Of a stretch of 33,931 bases of DNA, positions 27,107-33,931 are shown piece by piece. Below the pieces are notes generated by a model. It was not told where the DNA came from. It worked only from the letters and a program-made list of their open reading frames with translations, and ran no database searches. The DNA comes from a virus (lineage: Duplodnaviria; Heunggongvirae; Uroviricota; Caudoviricetes), in the IMG/VR virus record IMGVR_UViG_3300031992_000025, positions 1 through 33,931 of that record. One strand, 5' to 3'. The position numbers were made by a program, and so were the translations under genes. Within the stretch, counting starts at the first letter, position 1, and each line of letters begins with the position of its first letter.

Positions 27107-27388
27107 TTGATTATTGAAATTTCTGAAAATGGAAAACATAAAATCGTAGAGTATCCAGGCTATTTTAAAAAATATGAAAATGGTCATTTTAGACAGTGTG
27201 TTAGTAAAAAACAATTTGACTTTTTTATAGAAGATGATATTCATGGAAGCTATATGTTTTTTGATTATAAAAAGAAGATTATTTATTTTCATGAATGGGA
27301 AGACCCAGTATTAACAGGCGACTGCGATTATGCTTGGGGCATATCTTGTGAATATAAAAAGAAAGTATTTAATATTTGGGCAAATTAG
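27107..27388 (+). CDS. Hypothetical protein, 93 aa
   Basis: TTG start with GAGGA RBS. Confidence 0.65.
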   Translation: MIIEISENGKHKIVEYPGYFKKYENGHFRQCVSKKQFDFFIEDDIHGSYMFFDYKKKIIYFHEWEDPVLTGDCDYAWGISCEYKKKVFNIWAN

Positions 27389-27398
27389 AAAAAAGGTG

Positions 27399-27427
27399 TT
27401 TACAAGCATCTTTTTTTGTTGTATAAT
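27399..27427 (+). promoter_or_regulatory. TTTACA-N17-TATAAT promoter with the -35 inside a terminator loop
   Basis: AAAAAGGTGT-TTACAA-GCATCTTTTT hairpin. Confidence 0.75.
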
Positions 27428-27446
27428 ATTATTAGAGGTTTTAAAA

Positions 27447-28910
27447 ATGTTTAAGAAAAAAATTGAATTAATTAAACCAATTAATTATCCCAAAGACATT
27501 CAAGATAATCCTACTTTTATGTTTGGTGTTGACAATCGTATTTATCGTAGTTTATATAATTTATTTGAAGCTTTTTGGATTTATCATAAAAAAGAATTAT
27601 ACTTAGTTGGCGGTGTTGTCAGGGATTTATTATTAAATAAAACACCAAAAGACTATGATTTAACAACTAATGCATCAATTGAAGAAATCCGTGAAATTTG
27701 TGCTGAGTTAAATCTTAAAACATTTGATAGTGGTGTAAAACATGGAACACTTACAATTATAGATGAATTTTATAAAACATCTTATGAATGCACAGTTTAT
27801 CGTAAAGATGGTGAATACACAGATGGTAGACATCCTGATACTGTTGAATTTGTTTCTAGCTTAGAAGAAGATTTAAAGCGCCGCGATTTCACAATTAACT
27901 CTTTTGCTTATGATTTTATTAGACAAGAAATTTTAGCTTTAGATGAGTCTTATTTTAGAGACTTAGAATATGGTATTATTAGAACTGTCGGCAATGCAGA
28001 AGATAGATTTAATGAAGATGCTTTAAGAATGCTTAGAGCTCTTAGATTTTCTGCTCAATTAAACTTTAGTATTGCTAACGATACTTTTGAAGCAATTAAA
28101 AAATTATCTAAGAATTTATTTAAGATTTCCAAAGAAAGAATTAGAGATGAGTTAACTAAAATTCTTTTAAGTGATAATCCACAAGTTTTAGAATTATTTG
28201 TTATTACAGGTTTAGAAGCATACGCCTTTGATGGAATTACCCCTATTGGTGATATCTTAAACTGTGAGCATCAAAACCCATGGCACTATACAGATGTTTT
28301 CCATCATACAATGGACGTTGTTAAAAGAGTGCCAAAGACATTTGAGCTTAGATGGGCAGCATTAATGCATGACTTTGGTAAGCCAGCTGTTAAAGAATTA
28401 AAAGAAGGAACAGTTGATCATTATCATTATCATGGTCATCAAGATGTTTCTGTAGAAATTGCTGAGCAGCTTACAGACATTTTAAAGTTTTCAAATGAAC
28501 AAAAAGACTTAGTAGTTAAATTCATTAAATATCATGATGCAGATTTAGCAACCTGTAGAAATGGAACCTTCAAAAGAATACTTGCTGATATTGGAATTGA
28601 ACATTTCTTAGATTTTATGAAATTAAAACTTGCTGATGCTTATGCGCATCAGTTAAGAAAAGATACTAAATGGGCAATTGAAGTTCCAGATAAAGTATAT
28701 GAACGATTTGCTAAGGTTATTGAAGAGAGCCAAGCATTAACAGTTAGAGATCTCGATATTAATGGCTATGACTTAATGGAGCTTGGTTTAAAAGGTAAGC
28801 AGATTGGCGATTGTTTAAATTACTTAGTTGAAAATGTTTTAGAAGATGCTAATTTAAATGATAATAAGCAGTTAATCGAACTTGTTAAGCAATTTATCAA
28901 AAACTTATAA
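27447..28910 (+). CDS. cca: Class II CCA-adding enzyme / tRNA nucleotidyltransferase with HD domain, 487 aa
   Basis: VGGVVRD, DYD, DLKRRDFTINS, EDALRMLRALRF, SKERIRDEL, H...HD; ATG 27447 after the promoter and GAGG. Confidence 0.88.
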   Translation: MFKKKIELIKPINYPKDIQDNPTFMFGVDNRIYRSLYNLFEAFWIYHKKELYLVGGVVRDLLLNKTPKDYDLTTNASIEEIREICAELNLKTFDSGVKHGTLTIIDEFYKTSYECTVYRKDGEYTDGRHPDTVEFVSSLEEDLKRRDFTINSFAYDFIRQEILALDESYFRDLEYGIIRTVGNAEDRFNEDALRMLRALRFSAQLNFSIANDTFEAIKKLSKNLFKISKERIRDELTKILLSDNPQVLELFVITGLEAYAFDGITPIGDILNCEHQNPWHYTDVFHHTMDVVKRVPKTFELRWAALMHDFGKPAVKELKEGTVDHYHYHGHQDVSVEIAEQLTDILKFSNEQKDLVVKFIKYHDADLATCRNGTFKRILADIGIEHFLDFMKLKLADAYAHQLRKDTKWAIEVPDKVYERFAKVIEESQALTVRDLDINGYDLMELGLKGKQIGDCLNYLVENVLEDANLNDNKQLIELVKQFIKNL

Positions 28911-28917
28911 AAGGGCG

Positions 28918-28946
28918 TTTACAAACGCCTTTTTTCGTTGTATAAT
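28918..28946 (+). promoter_or_regulatory. TTTACA-N17-TATAAT promoter with the -35 inside a hairpin
   Basis: AAGGGCGTTT-AC-AAACGCCTTT. Confidence 0.75.
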
Positions 28947-28981
28947 ATAATAAGGAGTTTTCTCAGAAAGGAGAACAAATT

Positions 28982-30160
28982 ATGAATGATAAAGATTTTG
29001 AAGTTTTTGTTAATCATATCGATAAAGTAGATTTATCAAATTCTATTAATATTTCAAAAGAAGATGAAAAGAAGCTTTTAGATGCACTAGCAAATCCGCC
29101 AGAGCCAAATGAAGAGCTTAAGAAACTTTTTGTTGGCTATGCAGAAAAGCTTAAAGAATTATTTCCAAGAAGTGTTTGGGATTGCTACCAGATGATTGCT
29201 GATGAAAAAGAACTCAGATGGTTTTTTGATCATGTTATTCAAAAGCCACAAGTTAATGAATCTTATTCAGCTGTTTTTGTTAGCCGTCATAAAAAGCTTA
29301 CAAAAGAAGAACAAGAGACCATTGGGCTCACAAGAAAAGAGGCAGAATTTTTAGCTACACAGACTTTTAGATTAGCTGGTTTTAAAGATGCTTTTAATAT
29401 TGATGAAGAAAATAGTTGGACTTTTGATAGGTTTTTACAAAGATTAAAAAGATTTAATGTCGATAAGGGTGCTTACACAACTTCTAAAGGTGAGCCAATT
29501 CCAAGTAAGACATTAGCTATTATTTTCTATGTTAACCCTTGTGATGATATTAAAGTCTGCAGAGAATTTTTTAATCAATATTTAGATGTTAGTCAATCAA
29601 TTTCAAAGGCTATGTTAGGTGGAAAAACTTATACAGATAATTTACATGGCTATCAATGGTTTGGCAATGCTGAGAATAATTTAAAACATTTAAAAGCAAA
29701 CCAAAAAGGAACTAGATACTGGATGGATTTTGATATCGATGTTCCAGCATGGTTTAGACAAACTGAACAAAACGGGTTTGATAAATTAGATTATGACAAA
29801 GTTCCAGCAGGATTATGCGATGTATGGGTCATGGAAGCAAGCAAGTATTATAAAGAAATGCTTGAAAAACTTAATGCCAGGTTTGGTAAAGGTAATTATG
29901 TTATTGTTGATACATCTGGCGGTTATCACATTTTAGTTAAAACTTCAGCTATCAAATCTAATCCACATGATTTCTGTAAAGAAGTTGAAGCAATCTATAA
30001 ACAAGGCGTAGCAGATGGATATCAAGAATACTTAGATGAAAAGGGTGTCTGTAAATTTGAATGTATTGTTAATGATTCTCAAATTCCAGGTTTACCACTT
30101 CCAGGCACTTATCAATATGATAGACCGGTTACAGTTCTTAATAAGGAGGACTTTGAATAA
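28982..30160 (+). CDS. Divergent AEP (primase-polymerase)-like protein, 392 aa
   Basis: YWMDFDID (DxD) and DTSGGYHIL (SxGxH) motifs; motif recognition only. Confidence 0.45.
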   Translation: MNDKDFEVFVNHIDKVDLSNSINISKEDEKKLLDALANPPEPNEELKKLFVGYAEKLKELFPRSVWDCYQMIADEKELRWFFDHVIQKPQVNESYSAVFVSRHKKLTKEEQETIGLTRKEAEFLATQTFRLAGFKDAFNIDEENSWTFDRFLQRLKRFNVDKGAYTTSKGEPIPSKTLAIIFYVNPCDDIKVCREFFNQYLDVSQSISKAMLGGKTYTDNLHGYQWFGNAENNLKHLKANQKGTRYWMDFDIDVPAWFRQTEQNGFDKLDYDKVPAGLCDVWVMEASKYYKEMLEKLNARFGKGNYVIVDTSGGYHILVKTSAIKSNPHDFCKEVEAIYKQGVADGYQEYLDEKGVCKFECIVNDSQIPGLPLPGTYQYDRPVTVLNKEDFE

Positions 30161-31080
30161 TGAGCCAATGGACGCATATTAGAGGCGGACTTGAATTAGT
30201 CAGCACCCCATACGAAATGAAGAAAATGCCTAAATCTTTAGTCGAGCCAAAGAAAGAAGACTTTGAGACTGAAGAAGCATTTGAAAAAGCCCACGATAAA
30301 TATAGATATGAAGTAAGAAAACTTTTCTATTACCCATATCCAGAAGAGCAATTTAAGCTTTTAATGCCAAAGCCAGGCATGTCTTATGGCAAAAAGAAAA
30401 AGAATGGAAAACGTGAAGAATTTCATACTATTGACTTTGAAGCTAAGGTTTATTCTTTGCCACGCGCTAGAAAATATATTGAAGAAGCATTTAAGCTTAT
30501 GCCACAAGGCGAACTAGGTTTTAGATATAGTCTTGACCAAAATGATAATGATAGCTCTTCAAGCTGTAGTGGCTTTATGATTCCTTGTGAATATAAAGCA
30601 TATCAAGATGCTCTTAATAGATTATATAAAGCGCAAAATCCATTCGACTCTTATACTTATGAAGATTTGCGTAGATGGTTCCATATTGATGATGAATGTT
30701 CAGTAGACGAAGTTAGCCACATTATAGTTGGTATTAGAGATGATATTAGATATGCTTCTGCTGAGGAAGTTCAAGAAGGTTTAGAGAAAGCATTTAAATA
30801 CTTAGAAGACCATGAAATTTCAGTTGAAGATGGGTATCTTGAGTGGCAAGATGAGTACGAACCAAGTTATATTTATGCTTGGAGAAACAGCAGATTAAGT
30901 TTTGGAATTTCCCACCAATTCCTTAAATTAGATAAAAGAACAAATCAAGTAGTTCATTCTAAAACATGGGCAGTTAAACGTGATGAAAATGGCAAGAGAA
31001 TGTATGATGAAGACTGGAATACTATTTGGGAAGTTGTTGAAAAAGATGGGCCATTTATTGATAAGGAGGATCTTGAATAA
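30160..31080 (+). CDS. Hypothetical protein, 306 aa
   Basis: AGGAGG RBS, TAATG overlap. Confidence 0.85.
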   Translation: MSQWTHIRGGLELVSTPYEMKKMPKSLVEPKKEDFETEEAFEKAHDKYRYEVRKLFYYPYPEEQFKLLMPKPGMSYGKKKKNGKREEFHTIDFEAKVYSLPRARKYIEEAFKLMPQGELGFRYSLDQNDNDSSSSCSGFMIPCEYKAYQDALNRLYKAQNPFDSYTYEDLRRWFHIDDECSVDEVSHIIVGIRDDIRYASAEEVQEGLEKAFKYLEDHEISVEDGYLEWQDEYEPSYIYAWRNSRLSFGISHQFLKLDKRTNQVVHSKTWAVKRDENGKRMYDEDWNTIWEVVEKDGPFIDKEDLE

Positions 31081-31334
31081 TGGAAACTAATATTAAAGTT
31101 CATTCTGAAGTATCTGTTCCACTTGGTACACTTAGTTGGATAGTTTGGGTTGTATTCATGATTATGGATTATGGCTGTCATATGGACTGGATCATAAATG
31201 CCAATAATGCAGTTAAAGCTGGTGGGCATTTCTGGACCTGGTTTCCATTTTGGCTCCCATTTGCATTATTTGGTGTTAGCTTGATTCTTTCTTTAATAGT
31301 ATTTTTAATTGCGCTTGCTATAGAAAATAGATAA
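31080..31334 (+). CDS. Two-TM membrane protein, 84 aa
   Basis: Two hydrophobic segments; AGGAGG RBS. Confidence 0.8.
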   Translation: METNIKVHSEVSVPLGTLSWIVWVVFMIMDYGCHMDWIINANNAVKAGGHFWTWFPFWLPFALFGVSLILSLIVFLIALAIENR

Positions 31335-31335
31335 T

Positions 31336-31626
31336 ATGAGTAGAGTAAAAACAAATAATACAGACCATGCTTATTTTAGAGCAGCTGAGCGTTGTGGCTG
31401 GGGTAAAAAGAAAGCTAGAGAAATGATGAAGCTTGCTTCTAGGTATGGCACAGCGCCCGGCAATTTATCAGATGGACCTATTAAAGATTTTTTAGCAGCT
31501 AGGCAGGATTTTACACCAAGAAGAGTAAAATTATATCAAGGGTATGTGTTTATTTTCTGCTCAACTAGCACAAGATGCATAACAGTTTATCCACTTCCAG
31601 ATGAGCTCAAAAAGATAACAAATTAA
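31336..31626 (+). CDS. Possible RelE/DUF4258-like RNase-fold protein, 96 aa
   Basis: TDHAYFRAAER N-terminus and CITVYP C-terminus. Confidence 0.4.
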   Translation: MSRVKTNNTDHAYFRAAERCGWGKKKAREMMKLASRYGTAPGNLSDGPIKDFLAARQDFTPRRVKLYQGYVFIFCSTSTRCITVYPLPDELKKITN

Positions 31627-31640
31627 GTTATCTTTTTTTA
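31608..31640 (+). terminator. Intrinsic terminator
   Basis: AAAAAGATAAC-AAATTAA-GTTATCTTTTT. Confidence 0.75.
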
Positions 31641-31673
31641 ATTGTATAATATAAAGATAAATGGAGTATATTT

Positions 31674-32048
31674 ATGAATAAATATTTAGATGCACTTTGA
31701 AATTTAAAATTACGTGTAGATGCATATAATGAGCAAGATCAAGATGCAAATAATGCTTTTGATATTTTAAAAGAGCTTATTGATAGAGTAAGTACAGTAG
31801 ATACTGCTGAAGCTGTTACACAAGATACTTTTAAAGCTCTTGAGATTATGAAGAAGCACGTTGAAGTTCAAGACCACCCAGATATGTTTTTTCATCGTGA
31901 AATGCCAGAGCGAGTAATAATTGACTTGCGATATCTAATTGATACAGGTGGTTGGTCAAAAAAGCCAGAAAATATGGAAGAAAATAATGCTGAGTATAAT
32001 TTAGTTAAACGTGTGCTTGGTTTACCAGAATATAAGGAGACTAAGTAA
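31674..32048 (+). CDS. Hypothetical protein, 124 aa in code 4 (TGA at codon 9)
   Basis: GGAG RBS and ATG 31674 in frame with the 31848 ORF; the only break is TGA 31698. Confidence 0.75.
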
Positions 32049-32049
32049 T

Positions 32050-32304
32050 ATGACAAAAGAAGAATTACTCAAAGCCATGGAGACTTCAGCTACTGTTGAA
32101 ACTCTTTATAAAAATGAAGCATATATTATAGAAATTGAAGTTGGGGACATGCCAAAAGAGCATCTCAAAAATTATTTAGAGGTTATTGCTGACCGACTTC
32201 ACAATTTGGGAATTCAAGACTTTATTCTTGCTCCAACATGTAATGGTCAAGGTCGCTTTAAATTTTACAGACTAAAAGATAAACATCTTTTTGAGGTAGA
32301 CTAA
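32050..32304 (+). CDS. Hypothetical protein, 84 aa
   Basis: AAGGAG RBS supports ATG 32050. Confidence 0.75.
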   Translation: MTKEELLKAMETSATVETLYKNEAYIIEIEVGDMPKEHLKNYLEVIADRLHNLGIQDFILAPTCNGQGRFKFYRLKDKHLFEVD

Positions 32305-32305
32305 T

Positions 32306-32695
32306 ATGTTTTATGAATTATATGATTGGGATCATGATACTGAAGAAAAAGAATATCACTTGATTAACCTAGATGAAGTCCTTCAAGTTAATAAAACTAA
32401 TGGTATTTATGAGCTTAGAAATCAAAGAACTGGCCAAGTAATGAACTATTACAGAATGACCGTATACTACACAGGAAAGGGTAATAGTTGGACTTTTTAT
32501 TATAGAAGTGAATCAGAAAGACATCTTGCTTATGAAGAGCTAAAAAAAGCTATGAGAGAATTTAGAATTTTACCAGCTGAGCCAGTAAACCCAAATGATA
32601 TTAAAAATATCTTAGAAGAAAAATCAAATATTTTTGATGAAATACTCAGAAATCCAGGTCAAATTGATATTCCAGAAGTAAAACTATGCGAGTAA
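32306..32695 (+). CDS. Hypothetical protein, 129 aa
   Basis: GAGGT RBS. Confidence 0.8.
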   Translation: MFYELYDWDHDTEEKEYHLINLDEVLQVNKTNGIYELRNQRTGQVMNYYRMTVYYTGKGNSWTFYYRSESERHLAYEELKKAMREFRILPAEPVNPNDIKNILEEKSNIFDEILRNPGQIDIPEVKLCE

Positions 32696-33321
32696 TATTC
32701 TTAGATATAGATGGCGTGTTAAATGCAGACTGTGATTTTGGCGGAAGAAGTAAGCCAAATCCATATGTCACTACTGAATATGGCGAAAGATATTGTGGCA
32801 TATGTAAATCTCACATAAAAGCATTGAAAGAATTAGTTGAAAAAACAGATGCAAAAATAGTATTAGTTTCTTCTTGAAAACGTGATTATGTAGATTACAT
32901 AAAGCATGGGTATCAAAATAGTATTGGAAAATACTTATATAATAAGTTACGTAGCGCAGGATTAAAGATATTTGATACGACGCTTAGCTATGATTTTAGC
33001 GATGGGAGAAATCGTGGTTATGAAATTAGCCAATGATTAGAAAATCATCAAGAGGTAGACAGTTGAGTTGTATTAGATGATGAAAAATTTAGAGATTATG
33101 ATTTTTTAAAGATAACACCGAATTTGATACTTACTGATCCAGCCCTTGGACTTTGAAAGCTTCCAGCTTTGCAAGCAGTCTATAAATTAACAGGTAAAAA
33201 AGATCCTTGATTAGAAGCCCATGAAAAATTTGCTAAACTATGCAGCGAAATGATTGCAACAGTTATTCCTGAGGTAGAAAAACAAGAGCCTGTAATCATT
33301 AAGCCAGAAATGGAGGATTAA
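32686..33321 (+). CDS. HAD-superfamily protein (Swiss-Army-knife RNA-repair-like HAD type), 211 aa in code 4 (5 TGA, 0 TGG)
   Basis: IFLDIDGVLN...IVLVSS-W...RGYEISQ-W-LENH...S-W-VVLDD; TGA at 32875, 33034, 33064, 33154, 33208. Confidence 0.8.
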
Positions 33322-33324
33322 TTC

Positions 33325-33564
33325 ATGGACTATGAATGAATGGCAAATAGGTTAATTAATAATGAGTATGCTGAAGATATGCCAGAGTTAGACAAAGAGG
33401 AATGTGAGAAGCTACTTAAGCTTATTTCAGAAAAAACTGGTAAGACACATTTATTAATCGTTAATGTAAACATTGAGCTAGACGGAATTTGCTATGATTA
33501 TCTGCTAGATAATAATGATACTAATAAAGTCTTAATTAATGAATGAGATAATAGATACCTATAA
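33325..33564 (+). CDS. Hypothetical protein, 79 aa in code 4 (TGA at codon 5 and near the C-terminus)
   Basis: GGAGG 8 nt before ATG 33325; TGA at 33337 and 33544; TAA at 33562. Confidence 0.7.
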
Positions 33565-33593
33565 AATGGTATCTTTTTTATTGTATAATATAT

Positions 33594-33825
33594 TGATAAT
33601 TAGGAGACGATAAAGTCTTAAACAAATAATGAACCCTAATTATTACTGGAGACTGGTTTAGACTACGAAACACGTAAAGGTCAAAGGTGATATTATTGTT
33701 ATTGATTTCATTCTAGATAACGTAGTCATGTTCAAAGCGATTGGCGCTTGACCGTAGAGAGCATTATTATATTGTGCAAAAAGCGTAATAGCAGTAGGTG
33801 TACAACTATTGCTATTTTTTATTTT
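33594..33825 (+). ncRNA. Candidate stand-alone structured ncRNA (about 230 nt)
   Basis: Between TTGTATAAT (33581) and a terminator (33787-33816); no credible ORF; several complementary stems. Confidence 0.45.
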
Positions 33826-33843
33826 TTTGTTGTATAATAAAAT

Positions 33844-33931
33844 ATGAAGTTTTATACAAGTGATTTACATTTTGACCATGCAAACATGCTTAAGTTTGAA
33901 CCTGAAAGTCGACCATTCAATAATGTTGATG
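33844..33931 (+). CDS. Calcineurin-like metallophosphoesterase, N-terminal part (partial)
   Basis: MKFYTSDLHFDHANMLKFEPESRPF matches the DxH motif of phage phosphoesterases. Confidence 0.75.
   Translation, partial: MKFYTSDLHFDHANMLKFEPESRPFNNVD

Larger units (their letters stand above)
2196..33838 (+). promoter_or_regulatory. Second promoter class, YTGTATAAT with no -35 box (14 copies plus 2 TTGTATATTAT variants)
   Basis: TATAAT at 2199, 5705, 9878, 10990, 11678, 14131, 14634, 16540, 21970, 24294, 24693, 31645, 33584 and 33833, each preceded by YTG and intergenic; variants at 12012 and 21598. Confidence 0.75.

Noticed and set aside
27330-27446. 39-aa N-terminal extension of the CCA enzyme; likewise the 11979 start for metK
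   Set aside because: The extensions run through a terminator and promoter; the RBS supports ATG 27447 and ATG 12042
1423-31229. Remaining minus-strand and nested ORFs in the track (e.g. 1423, 1451, 3568, 5615, 7813, 9615, 20078, 21746, 22598, 24833, 27089, 30954)
   Set aside because: They overlap well-supported + strand genes or islands, lack an RBS or promoter, and all regulatory signals point to the + strand
32050-32304. Portal-protein similarity (IEVGDMPKEHLKNYL resembles a T4 gp20 segment)
   Set aside because: The protein is only 84 aa and the resemblance is a short motif; not supportable as a portal
16936-33321. TGA read as selenocysteine or glycine (code 25)
   Set aside because: TGA falls on conserved Trp positions (WIYTGY, VDWIISNPPY, SWVVLDD), occurs many times per gene, and no SECIS-like hairpins follow
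33594-33760. Glycine riboswitch or hammerhead ribozyme
   Set aside because: GGAGA and GAAAC words occur, but the CCGAAG/TCAGG (glycine) and CTGANGA (hammerhead) cores are missing
1-33931. tRNA genes, including a TGA suppressor
   Set aside because: No cloverleaf with a T-loop GTTCRA and acceptor stem found by eye; tRNAscan-SE on the full genome is needed
1-33931. Prophage or integrative element
   Set aside because: No integrase, att-like flanks or host housekeeping genes; the uniform phage-type organisation spans the window

Overview
33.9 kb of a large, AT-rich lytic-type dsDNA phage, most likely infecting an anaerobic low-GC Bacillota host (sigmaA-type promoters, GGAGG RBS, class III RNR). 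All credible genes are on the + strand. TGA is read as Trp (code 4): 12 genes that look broken in the ORF track become intact, with TGA at conserved Trp positions (26 sense TGA by hand count). TGA use is blocky. The left 9.2 kb early block of promoter-terminator mini-cassettes has 42 TGG and no internal TGA, and 23.0-31.6 kb has 51 TGG and no TGA. The TGA-bearing genes cluster at 13.0-23.0 kb and 31.7-33.6 kb, behind -35-less promoters or a TGCTAAATTA motif, which suggests a timed code switch. Other highlights: a coupled nrdD (formate-type)-formate channel-nrdG operon with one TGA per gene; three related non-coding motif islands (CTAGTG/GATC/CAGAT) whose orientation flips just before a GC-rich junction at about 9.7 kb; MetK plus two orphan amino-methyltransferases; a CCA-adding/HAD/phosphoesterase RNA-processing set; and two candidate structured RNAs. 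No tRNA, CRISPR array or integrase was seen. All counts are by hand and all family calls are from motif recognition, not database searches.
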